Source of the DNA: Octopus bimaculoides
Lineage: Eukaryota
Direction: 5' to 3'
Assembly (NCBI RefSeq): GCF_001194135.2
Contig: NC_068998.1
Location: 37,880,521 to 37,914,094, forward strand
Length of the DNA: 33,574 bases
The notes under the pieces are model-generated. The model searched no databases. It was not told where the DNA came from and worked only from the letters and a program-made list of their open reading frames with translations. The translations under genes and the position numbers were made by a program. How positions within the stretch are numbered: the stretch's first letter is position 1; the number at the start of each line of letters is the position of its first letter. Positions 22,451 to 33,404 of this stretch are shown piece by piece.

Positions 22451-23266
22451 TTCTTCAAACAGAGTGGTGTCATTTAGTAGAGATGACCCAGAAGTTGTTC
22501 CTCTTCGATTACCATCGTTAACAGCTTTCTTCAACCGAATGCATAAGTGTATATGTTAATCAGTGTATCTATATATTTATATATACATATATATANNNNN
22601 NNNNNNNNNNNNNNNNNNNNNNNNNNNTATATATATATACGTATATATGTATGTATAGATAGATGCTTAAATATTTGTACGTATATACGGGTATGTACGT
22701 GAATGTATGTGTATGTATATGTGAGGGTATTGTGTGTATATAGGCATATATACATAGTTTTATACATATATAGGCATATATACATATGTGAGAGCCTGAG
22801 TGTTTTTGTGTGTATGTATCCAACCACTGAATACAGATCAGCTGAAGAAATTTCTATGTGTACCCAACCATCAAGAACAGATCAGTGATACAACCAAATA
22901 AGATATCAATGCCATTCAAATGCCAGCCAGTACGAAATAGCCATCTACAACCATTCATAGCAGTCCGCCAACCGCACTCTGGCAGCACACACCATGAGTT
23001 TATCTGCTACTACTAAATTCAAACCACGACAGACGGAAGGGATGGCCTTGAAGACAGCGATTTTAAACTAACGGTGACATACTCCCATAGTGCCTGAGGA
23101 AACACAACTAGATCTCACTATGCAAACAAACAGTTACATAATCAAATACCTGTATTCTTGGAGAACTACGTCCCGTTGAAACAACTGTAGCGATTAAAAA
23201 ATAGCTGTCCAACTGTATTCCTTCTTGTTGATTGCAATTTCTTCAATAGTATACATATATATATAT

Positions 23267-23460
23267 ATGGTTCAAATTTACAAAAAAAAAAACGAAGACG
23301 AATGTAGGAACGACAAGCAGGTGTATTAATGTTCGGGGAAAATGTAAAAGTCTTTTACATTTCGAGCCTGCGCTCTTTGACAGAAAGGAATAAGATGGAG
23401 AGAGAACGAAAAAAACGGAAAGAAAAAAATTGTGTAGAGTTCAGCGGTCCAGCATGGCGG
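23267..23460 (-). mobile_element. Short non-coding repeat carrying a decayed HHR scaffold (probable PLE terminal-repeat derivative)
   Basis: Shares AAAAAAC..AGACG, GTGTATTA, TCGGG.A and AAAGTCTTT.AC.TTTC with 24576-24681. Confidence 0.6.
23352..23387 (-). ncRNA. Degenerate minimal type I hammerhead scaffold
   Basis: Minus strand reads CUUU CUGUCAA A GAGC-GCAG-GCUC GAAAU GUA AAAG. Stems I and II pair perfectly and the topology equals 4989-5035, but the CUGANGA box has two substitutions and C15.2 is U. Confidence 0.5.
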
Positions 23461-24054
23461 GATGACCAGAAAATAAGAGGTTGAATGAAAGAAAGATAAT
23501 AATGGTGATCCCAACTAACTAAGATGCGCGAGCGTGTGTATGTGAGAATGGTGCGTGAATGGTGGTGAGTGAGTCTGACGTGTGTGTGTGCGTGTGTGTA
23601 CCGTGTGTATGTGTGTTATTTGTAGCAGTTGCTGTGTGCTTTTTCAAGTGGTGTGTGCACATGTGTGTGTGCCCAAATAGTGTGCATGGGTATAGTGTGT
23701 GTTTGTGGGCGAAAGTGATCTTTGCCTATGCGTGTTGCGTGTGTGTGTGTGTATATTGTCACAAACAATATACTCACACACGCAACACGCATAGACAAAG
23801 GCATTATGTATTTGTGAGAGTGTGGGAGTATATATTGTCTGTGTTCAGCTATTATGTGCTTGTGTGGGGGTGGGAGTGTGCATGAGGGTGTGTGGTGTGT
23901 ATACTGAGTTAAACTCTTTGTGGTTGTTCATTTAGTGGTATGTGTGGTGACGCTATTGAAGATTGTGTGTGGCTGAGAAGTGGAATTGGTGCTAAGAAAT
24001 GGTCGGTGTTAGTGTGTTTGGAGTGGGAAAGGTGGGAAGCTTATGGAATACACC

Positions 24055-24090
<36 letters not shown>

Positions 24091-24357
24091 ACATACATAC
24101 ATGCATATATATATGTGCGTGTGTGTGTGCATGTGTGTGTATACGTACACATTTATGTATATATATATAAATGTGAGTGAACAGGTCGCGGTTTCAAAGG
24201 GACGGAAATATTTTGACAAATTAAATTTAAATGTTGAAGTGAATCTAATGGTTTTTGTGTTTTTAAATGGCTTATAAACACCTTCCACGCTGCAGTTGTT
24301 TTTGTTTCAGCACAGGATCTCAGATCAGGTCACTTGCTATGCAAGGACATCTCCGTA

Positions 24358-24388
<31 letters not shown>

Positions 24389-24394
24389 TGTATA

Positions 24395-24552
24395 AGCAAG
24401 CGTGGCTGAGTAGTAAGAAGCTTGCCTCCCAACCACATTGTTCCGGGTTCAGTACAACTGCATGGCACCTTGGGCAAGTTTCTTCTACTATAGCCACGGG
24501 CCAACCAAAGCCTTGTGAGTGAATTTGGTAGTCGAAAACAGAAAGAAGCCGT
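24395..24552 (+). mobile_element. SINE family B, 5' half
   Basis: GCGTGGCTGAGTAGTAAG...GGGTTCAGT...TGGCACCTTGGGCAAGT...AAAGCCTTGTGAGTG...AGAAAGAAGCC aligns to 30371-30530. Confidence 0.9.
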
Positions 24553-24575
24553 TATATATATACATACATATATAT

Positions 24576-24677
24576 ATGGGAGAATATACGAAAAAACAAC
24601 AACAGACGAGGACAGGTGGTGTAAATAACAAAAGGATGTATTAGTATGACGCTCGGGAATACGGAAAGTCTTTGACG

Positions 24678-24681
<4 letters not shown>
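24576..24681 (-). mobile_element. Sibling of 23267-23460 retaining the 3' half of the hammerhead
   Basis: Minus strand 24681-24670 reads GAAAC GUC AAAG (intact GAAA box, GUC triplet, stem I 3' strand). The 5' half is replaced by (TA)n and a gap. Confidence 0.6.
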
Positions 24682-24709
<28 letters not shown>

Positions 24710-25464
24710 NNNNNNNNNNNNNNNNNNNNNNNNNNNNNNNNNNNNNNNNNNNNNNNNNNNNNNNNNNNNNNNNNNNNNNNNNNNNNNNNNNNNNNNNNNN
24801 NNNNNNNNNNNNNNNNNNNNNNNNNNNNNNNNNNNNNNNNNNNNNNNNNNNNNNNNNNNNNNNNNNNNNNNNNNNNNNNNNNNNNNNNNNNNNNNNNNNN
24901 NNNNNNNNNNNNNNNNNNNNNNNNNNNNNNNNNNNNNNNNNNNNNNNNNNNNNNNNNNNNNNNNNNNNNNNNNNNNNNNNNNNNNNNNNNNNNNNNNNNN
25001 NNNNNNNNNNNNNNNNNNNNNNNNNNNNNNNNNNNNNNNNNNNNNNNNNNNNNNNNNNNNNNNNNNNNNNNNNNNNNNNNNNNNNNNNNNNNNNNNNNNN
25101 NNNNNNNNNNNNNNNNNNNNNNNNNNNNNNNNNNNNNNNNNNNNNNNNNNNNNNNNNNNNNNNNNNNNNNNNNNNNNNNNNNNNNNNNNNNNNNNNNNNN
25201 NNNNNNNNNNNNNNNNNNNNNNNNNNNNNNNNNNNNNNNNNNNNNNNNNNNNNNNNNNNNNNNNNNNNNNNNNNNNNNNNNNNNNNNNNNNNNNNNNNNN
25301 NNNNNNNNNNNNNNNNNNNNNNNNNNNNNNNNNNNNNNNNNNNNNNATATATATATATATAATAAATATATTTATAAGTATACATTATACATATGTATAA
25401 GTGTATTTTTATATATATACTATATACAGACATATATATATATATATATATATAAAACTCTTAA

Positions 25465-26310
25465 TTTAAAGATCAAGGAGACCCAAATCTAAAGAGAACT
25501 CAGTATGAGTTATGTAGATAACTGCTGTGCGAATAATTATATCTAATAGATTTATTGATCGTAGCAAAGAGTCTATGTTTTTGGTGTTTTAGTTGATGAA
25601 GGAGTTGAACCATGCAGCCTACAGGTGCTGGAAAACAGTTGTAGCCTAGCTAAATCTTTTCCCCACATTATTCTCCGAGTTCCCTGAAAGATCTTCAGAG
25701 TCTGGTCCTCCCGCTGGACATATTTTATGTACCTCTAATAGTCATTTCTTCATTACTGATCTGAGGATCAAATTTGAACTGCTGCTTCTGAAACTAGTGA
25801 TTGTGTCTTTGTATTACAACAGATGTGGTATTTAGGTCTCCCAGATCGTCAACGAACTCAGCCTGTATGAGTCTTCCTTATCACTATTCGGTGCCTATAA
25901 TCATCCAGCGTCAGGCTTACGGATGATTTAAGCCTGTTGGAGGTGAAAAATGATGTCTTCCACAGACGTTATTTTTGAGCCACGCTAGGAATTCTTTGGT
26001 GTAACCATATCACCAATAACGAAGTCATAGAAAGGACAGGACTGAGTAACCTATGGGTTATCATCACCGTGAAAGAGAGAAGGCCACTCATACAGGAAGA
26101 AACCAGCGAGAGCATCTCGCGAGTGGAAGTCAAGCAGTGGGTATAGGAAGGTTACACAGACTCGTCAAAATTTGATTGAGATGTGTGGAGGAGGACTAAG
26201 TAGACAAAGACCTGGCCTGAGGTTTGGTTCGTGACAGAGCTTGCGACAGTTCTTGATCGAGATCTTTTGTCGAGAAATGCTTTGTGCGGTGGAGGAATAA
26301 ATAGCATGAT
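25465..26310 (+). mobile_element. RTE-clade LINE remnant (RT to C-terminus), heavily decayed
   Basis: In order: DQGDP (25471; RT QG.PLSP), YVDN (25511; YADD), DVFHRRY, ITNNEVIERTG (26009), EWKSSSGYRK, LRCVEED and RDRA, with many stops and frameshifts. Confidence 0.7.
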
Positions 26311-26463
26311 GACTATGCTTTCGCCAGTTCACAAAACACAACATAAGCTAATATTTTTAATCTCTGAATGCAGCAAAAATATAATGTGTGCGTGTACGTG
26401 TGCGTGTGTGTGTGTGTGTCTGTCTGTCTGTCTGTGTAAAATTATTTCAGAACATACCATGTG

Positions 26464-26522
<59 letters not shown>

Positions 26523-26599
26523 NNNNNNNNNNNNNNNNNNNNNNNNNNNNNNNNNNTGTCTGTCTGTCTGTGTAAAATTATTTCAGAACATACCATGTG

Positions 26600-26634
<35 letters not shown>

Positions 26635-26653
26635 ATATTCTTTTATTAGCCAA

Positions 26654-27411
26654 TATATGTCATTCAAGTTGCACATGTTTATACAGTGGCTCTTCCTTTA
26701 TACAAAGTTGCTTCTCAAAATAGTCTCCATCACAAATGATGCATCCGCACCAACGTTGAACCCAAGTTCAGATGTGCCCTGTCGTGCTATTTCTTCACAA
26801 CCACTTTGACCTCGTCTATATCATCAAACCATTGTCTTCAAACCTATTTTTCATTGGACGGAATAAGTGACAGTCGAAGAACATCAGATTCGGGCCATAG
26901 TGTAGGTTTGAGAGCACTGAGTAGTCTAATTTACTGATTGCTTGATTTGTCGCCAAAAGTGTGTAGTCGGACATTTCCATGGTGAATGTGTATCGCTTTT
27001 AACGTTTTGTATGGTCTTTTCCTCTTAATGGTTTCTCTACAAATTTAGTGCTTCAGTGTGCCATTCACTGATCACTGTGCAGTCACGTTCCAGGGAATCA
27101 ACGAGAATGATGCCTTTGTCATCATCCAATACATGTACCATGACTTTTCGTGCCGATCTCTGACTCTTGAACTTCTTAGACGTTGGAGAGATGGTATGAC
27201 CCCATTCCATCGCCTGAGCTTTCGTCTTCGGATCATAAAGATACGGCAACGTTTCATTCCCTGTAAAAAGATTCGAAAAACTTTTGTCTTCACTGGCTCC
27301 AAATGCTTCCAGTAAATGAGAGCAGGCTTCCACCACTCTCTCTTAAAAACCGTGTCTTCATTGGCTCCAAATGCTTCCATTAAATGTGAGAGCAGGCTTC
27401 CACCATTCTCT
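26654..27411 (-). pseudogene. Mariner (Tc1/mariner) transposase pseudogene, catalytic domain
   Basis: Minus strand gives TGNET (27250-27264; TGDET), YDPKTKAQAMEW...SPTSKKFKSQRSARKVM, KGIILVDSL, HHGNVRLHT (26970-26984; HDNARPH), YGPNL..FDCHLFRPMK (26885; YSPDLAPSDFHLF) and GDYFEK (26711-26728). The first two catalytic Asp are lost. A possible TIR remnant lies near 26654-26670. Confidence 0.9.
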
Positions 27412-27414
27412 TGG

Positions 27415-27720
27415 GTTTATATGTATGGAGCTGGAGGTTATGTTGAGTTAATTTATTAGGGTGGATGTTAGCTGGTTGTAGATTTCTGAATTTCTTGTTG
27501 TTAAGATGTCGGATATCAATATTGGTATTGGTGGAGAAGGACAATTTTATAGATTGGGGGTTAAATATTTTTCTAAGAGGGCTAGATTTAGGGAAATGTT
27601 TTCAAGTAGGACGAAGAATAGTTTGGGTGCTCGTTAAGGCGAAATAGGAGTGGAACCAGATAACGTCCCGGATTCTAGCTCGTTTAATCCGCTTAGCGGG
27701 GTTAACTGGGTGGCGATACC
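27415..27720 (-). mobile_element. Second PLE ORF remnant
   Basis: Minus frame RIKRARIRDVIWFHSYF...KHFPKSSPLRKIFNPQSIKLSFSTNTNI is the same PLE segment as 18490-18662. A possible upstream continuation (FRKPSNMLL) lies at about 27830-27890, beyond an inserted SINE tail. Confidence 0.75.
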
Positions 27721-27721
27721 T

Positions 27722-27772
27722 TTTATTTGTTTCAGTCATTTAACTGTAGCCATGCTGGGGCACCGCCTTGGA
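27722..27772 (-). mobile_element. SINE family B, 3' tail fragment
   Basis: TTTATTTGTTTCAGTCATTTAACTGTAGCCATGCTGGGGCACCGCCTT matches 8765-8812. Confidence 0.85.
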
Positions 27773-28035
27773 AAACAGTATCTTGTGACCCCGGAAACAA
27801 GAAAAATATAAGATATATCGCTTTTGTTATAGTTATAATAGGTAATAGTAACATATTGCTGGGTTTTCTGAAACTTATTCCATTCCAATATTTAGAGAAA
27901 TGCGTTGGCTCCGAATTCTTTAAATTTTAGTTCGTAATTCATTTAACAATTTGACGATAATATCTTTCACGTCTAAACGAATTAAGACCTAAAATATCGA
28001 ACGTATGAGGGTTTCCAATGATATATGTGAGAGAA

Positions 28036-28079
<44 letters not shown>

Positions 28080-28233
28080 TACAGAGAGAAAGAGAAAGAG
28101 GAAGAGAGAGAGGGGGAGAGAGAGAAAAGTGTGTGTCTATGTATATGTGTATGTATGAATACTTCCATACATATGCACGTATTCACATTCACAAACTCCA
28201 CACACACACACACACACATACACACACACATAT

Positions 28234-28360
28234 AGGTGAGGCTGTGTGATAAGGAGCTTGCTTTCCAACCACATGGTTCCGGATTCACTCCCACTGCGAG
28301 GCACCTAGGGTAAGTGTGTTCTTTTACAGTCACGGGCTGACCAAAGGCTTGTGAGGCAGG
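28234..28360 (+). mobile_element. SINE family B, diverged 5' part
   Basis: GGCTGTGTGATAAGGAGCTTGCTTTCCAACCACATGGTTCC...CCCACTGCGAGGCACC...CCAAAGGCTTGTGAG. Confidence 0.85.
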
Positions 28361-28365
28361 TAAAC

Positions 28366-28475
28366 AGACAGACACACACGCACACACACAGACAGACAGA
28401 CACACAGACAGACAGACACACAGACAGACACACACACAGACAGACAGACACACAGACAGACAGACACACAGATAA

Positions 28476-28529
<54 letters not shown>
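28366..28529. repeat. Compound CA/GACA/GATA microsatellite
   Basis: Directly visible. Confidence 0.95.
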
Positions 28530-28531
<2 letters not shown>

Positions 28532-28827
28532 AAATGCTGCGTAGCGTTACATTAAATAATAACTAAATTTTCAACAGAAACACACCAAAGGAATAAACTG
28601 AAAATTCACGCACGAGACTAGACGTTGCTCATTCCTCGTCAATTATCGTCCTAAAGATCCTTACAATTTCTCTCCTTTAACGATAATGTTGTTCACTTTT
28701 GGTGGCGTCTACGGCGAAAAGTTGCTGGGAATAGTCAACGAATGCTGGGGACAGTGACAAAAACAAATATGAAACAAATGTGAGTAAACAAAAGACAAAA
28801 TATACAATATACAAGCAGACAGGAGGA

Positions 28828-29065
28828 AGTGGTGGCGGTGGTGACGGCGAGGAGGATAGTATGAGTGTTTTGGTAGTGGTAAGGTTGATGATGTTGGTAT
28901 GGGTACTAGTAGTGGTGACCGTGCAGATGGTAGTTGCTGTAAAAATATTGTGGTGTCTATGAGTAATGGTATGGATAGTATGGGTAGTAGTAGCAGTGAT
29001 GTTGATGGTTATAGTAGGGATAGTGATGGTGGTGGTGGTGGTTGTGGTGGTGGTGGTGGTGGTGG

Positions 29066-29106
<41 letters not shown>

Positions 29107-29470
29107 ATGATGATGGTATTAATGACGGTCATGATTGTAGTAGTGACAGCAGTGATGGTGTGGTAGTGGTGGTGGTTGTGGTGGTCGTGGTAATAGTGGT
29201 GGTTGTAGTGACGGTGGTGGTGAAGGTGGTGGTGATAGTAGTTGTGATGGTGGTAGTGATGACGGAGGTGATGGATGTGGTGGTAGTCGTCGTGGTGGTG
29301 GTCGTGGTGGTAGTGTTAGAGGCGACGGCGATTGTGGTGGCGGAGGTGGATGTGTGATATTGGCGATGGCAGCGATGATGTTGTTGTTGATAGTAATGAT
29401 GGTGATGGTAGCGTGGTTGTTGGTGGTGGTGGTGATGGTGGTAGTAATGGTAGTCGTGGCGGGTTGGGCG
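28828..29470. repeat. Degenerate (GGT/GAT/GCT)n trinucleotide block
   Basis: Directly visible; it is the source of the Val/Gly/Thr-rich spurious ORFs. Confidence 0.9.
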
Positions 29471-29871
29471 GGGACCGGCAACTGTTGTGATTGTATGCAA
29501 GATACAAAACCGTCAAGAGTTCAAAACTACAAAATCTCCCTTCCTCTCTCTNNNNNNNNNNNNNNNNNNNNNNNNNNNNNNNNNNNNNNNNNNNNNNNNN
29601 NNNNNNNNNNNNNNNNNNNNNNNNNNNNNNNNNNNNNNNNNNNNNNNNNNNNNNNNNNNNNNNNNNNNNNNNNNNNNNNNNNNNNNNNNNNNNNNNNNNN
29701 NNNNNNNNNNNNNNNNNNNNNNNNNNNNNNNNNNNNNNNNNNNNNNNNNNNNNNNNNNNNNNNNNNNNNNNNNNNNNNNNNNNNNNNNNNNNNNNNNNNN
29801 NNNNNNNNNNNNNNNNNNNNNNNNNNNNNNNNNNNNNNNNNNNNNNNNNNNNNNNNNNNNNNNNNNNNNNN

Positions 29872-29951
<80 letters not shown>

Positions 29952-29953
<2 letters not shown>

Positions 29954-30221
29954 ATTCTTTATATCATTCATCTTTTGATTCCATTCTGCTATTTCTGAGA
30001 TGCCTGCAGATAGATGTGTTGATAACCTGTTGATATTCTTCATTAGAGAATTTCGCTCATTAGCCCCCTTTAGCTGCCATAGATAGATTGACATTTTGGC
30101 AGTCGGTGCCATAAAGGGCATCGACTGCCAAAGGACGTCGTTGCTGATTGGCAAACTTCGGATATTTTGAAATGTTCCCCGAATGAAAGGAAATTCAAAC
30201 AAAAGGTAACGGAAGGGTTAA
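29952..30221. mobile_element. Possible right end of a TTAA-flanked (piggyBac-like) non-autonomous element with an internal hairpin
   Basis: Ends in GGTAACGGAAGGGTTAA (30205-30221), an AGGG terminus plus TTAA, and contains a 16-bp hairpin at 30095-30132. The left end is not visible and may lie in the gap. Confidence 0.3.
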
Positions 30222-30370
30222 AGACAGTAATATGTTAATCACTTCATCATATCGTAATAACACAATGTCACATCTAAGTGAAAGTTTGACTGCCTGGTTA
30301 AGAACTTCGTTGTGCGACTAGTGTTGTTCTGAGTTCGATACCAGTTACCTTGCAAACATTGGGACATTAA

Positions 30371-30758
30371 GCGCAGGAGTGGCTATGTGGTAAGTAGCTC
30401 GCTTACCAACCACATGGTTCCGGGTTCAGTCCCACTGCATGGCACCTTGGGCAAGTGTCTTCTACTATAGCCTCGGGCCGACTAAAGCCTTGTGAGTGGA
30501 TTTGGTAGACGGAAACTGAAAGAAGCCCGTCGTATATATGTATATACATATGTATGTGTGTGTGTGTATGTTTGTGTGTCTGTGTTTGTCCCCCTAGCAT
30601 TGCTTGACAACCGATGCTGGTGTGTTTACGTCCCCGTAACTTAGCGGTTCGGCAAAAGAGACCGATAGAATAAGTACTAGGCTTACAAAGAATAAGTCCC
30701 GGGGTCGATTTGATTGACTAAAGGTGGTGCTCCAGCATGGCCGCAGTCAAATGACTGA
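30371..30758 (+). mobile_element. SINE family B, best-preserved near-full copy
   Basis: A box TGGCTATGTGG (30380-30390), B box GGGTTCAGTCC (30422-30432), central GGCACCTTGGGCAAGTGTCTT, internal TA/TG microsatellite (about 30533-30590) and 3' module GATAGAATAAGTAC...GGGGTCGATTTG...CAAATGACTGA running into a gap. Confidence 0.92.
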
Positions 30759-31759
30759 NNNNNNNNNNNNNNNNNNNNNNNNNNNNNNNNNNNNNNNNNN
30801 NNNNNNNNNNNNNNNNNNNNNNNNNNNNNNNNNNNNNNNNNNNNNNNNNNNNNNNNNNNNNNNNNNNNNNNNNNNNNNNNNNNNNNNNNNNNNNNNNNNN
30901 NNNNNNNNNNNNNNNNNNNNNNNNNNNNNNNNNNNNNNNNNNNNNNNNNNNNNNNNNNNNNNNNNNNNNNNNNNNNNNNNNNNNNNNNNNNNNNNNNNNN
31001 NNNNNNNNNNNNNNNNNNNNNNNNNNNNNNNNNNNNNNNNNNNNNNNNNNNNNNNNNNNNNNNNNNNNNNNNNNNNNNNNNNNNNNNNNNNNNNNNNNNN
31101 NNNNNNNNNNNNNNNNNNNNNNNNNNNNNNNNNNGTGTGTTCGTGAGGAGAGCTTCGCGTTCCGATGGTTGTGAAAAAGATAAGAAAAAAAATGAAGTGG
31201 AGTTGTCGCCGCTGCTACAGATATTTCGTTGAGGCCCCCGTTGATCATCTGTGACCATGGATGAAGGTCCTAGTTTTGCGCCCTATTAGACAGGCCTGTC
31301 GCCAGACTTTGGTACCTGGGGGTTGCTTCAGAATATTCTGGGTGAGCACGAATTTGTAATAATGCAAAAGCTGAGTTTCGAAATAAGGGTATCACAATAA
31401 ATCTGAGGGTGCATCATTGAATAGTGAGGGGGCAGTGCCGTTCAGTGTGCCCCTTAACGATGGACATCCTATTGGAACAGCGTTGTCCGTAGCTCAACAG
31501 TACAATGCGCGAATGGCAATCTCTGTCACACAAGCCGCATTTGTGTGCTGCCCCGGTGCAAAGAACCCAAGGTTTCAATATACAACTTAACCGTTTTCTA
31601 AGACGGTAAGATATGATCTGAGGAACACTTGGCTGCTATATCTATCAGGAATAGTGACCGCGTCAAGTGTTCATCATACAACATAGATTCTTGATTTATT
31701 AAAATTCTTTCTGCCTCTAGAGAATGTACTTAGAGAATTACCAAGAGGGAATGAAGCCC

Positions 31760-31945
31760 AGCTATCGTTGTCGTCGTCGTTGTGGTGGGAGTAGTGCAGT
31801 GCTAGTGGTTGTGGTCGTATTCGTTATAGCTTTGGTGGTAGTGATGGCACTGGTAGTAGTGGTGGTGGTGGTGGTGATGGTGGCAGTGGCGGCGGTAATA
31901 GTAGTGGTGGTGGCGGCAGCGGTTGTGGCGGTAGAGACGGTGGTA
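31760..31945. repeat. Degenerate (GGT/AGT)n block
   Basis: Directly visible. Confidence 0.85.
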
Positions 31946-32324
31946 GTACTCCTACTTGAATGTGACAATGAAGGTGTGAGTAAAGCGTAGATATATAAGG
32001 TGTTTCGAAGAAAAGGTATGTCAAAGTATTCTTTGTCGTTCTACATTTACTATCTTAATTAACACTGATTGAGCAATAATCATTTTGGTTCGCTTTTCTT
32101 TTAATTATTTTGGAAGGATTTTTGTTTTGTAGGATTATATTTTTCCATTTAATTAATATTTTTGGTGTAGGGGTTAAAAACTGTATGCGCCGGTATTATG
32201 CGTTGGTGAGAGACTGTGAACTAATCAGATGGGTGTTTTGTGTAAATACTGAGTGAAGATGATCGTAAATCTATGCATACTTGTGTTTGAGTGCGTGCGT
32301 ATATGTATGTATATGTGTATATAC

Positions 32325-32370
<46 letters not shown>

Positions 32371-32383
32371 GTGTATATGTATG

Positions 32384-32418
<35 letters not shown>

Positions 32419-32461
32419 NNNNNNNNNNNNNNNNNTGTGTGTGTGTGTGTGTATATATATG

Positions 32462-32493
<32 letters not shown>

Positions 32494-33119
32494 TATATAC
32501 ATATATACATATCTGTACGTATATGTATATATGCACACACACACATATATATGTATAAACCTATATATATGTATTTATATATGTATATATATATAAAATA
32601 TATATATACATATACGTACAGTATAGGCGCATATATTCATATATATATATATATATATATATAAATTTATTTATATATATAGACATTTACATATATAAAC
32701 ATTTATNNNNNNNNNNNNNNNNNNNNNNNNNNNNNNNNNNNNNNNNNNNNNNNNNNNNNNNNNNNNNNNNNNNNNNNNNNNNNNNNNNNNNNNNNNNNNN
32801 NNNNNNNNNNNNNNNNNNNNNNNNNNNNNNNNNNNNNNNNNNNNNNNNNNNNNNNNNNNNNNNNNNNNNNNNNNNNNNNNNNNNNNNNNNNNNNNNNNNN
32901 NNNNNNNNNNNNNNNNNNNNNNNNNNNNNNNNNNNNNNNNNNNNNNNNNNNNNNNNNNNNNNNNNNNNNNNNNNNNNNNNATATGCATGCAAATATGAAT
33001 GTATTTATGTACAACAATCTATGGATGAGATCAGTGAGTCTCTGTGTATTTGTGTAAATTTTTCTGTCATTTATAACTTTTTTTGGCATTACTTCAGAAA
33101 GTTGTTTACTTAGAAACAT

Positions 33120-33262
33120 AGTTGTTGTTGTTTCTGGTGTTGCTATTATTTTAGTGCTTGATGCTGTTGTTGTGACAAGTTATATTGTTGTCACTGCCGT
33201 TGCTGTGGTAGTCGCCAACATAGTGGCACTTGCTGCTGCTTGTGCTGCTGCTGCTGTTTCTC

Positions 33263-33295
<33 letters not shown>

Positions 33296-33357
33296 CCGTT
33301 ATGGTTGTTTTTAAAGCCGTTGCTCTTGTGATTGTTACCGACTTTACGTACACTTCT

Positions 33358-33404
<47 letters not shown>

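Noticed and set aside
26417-26606. Exact duplication of about 50 bp either side of the gap at 26523-26556; similarly 9855-9891 versus 10048-10084
   Set aside because: Identical copies next to a gap are most likely assembly overlap artefacts.
30371-30445. tRNA genes at the SINE heads
   Set aside because: A and B boxes are present but there is no full cloverleaf, and each continues into a SINE body.
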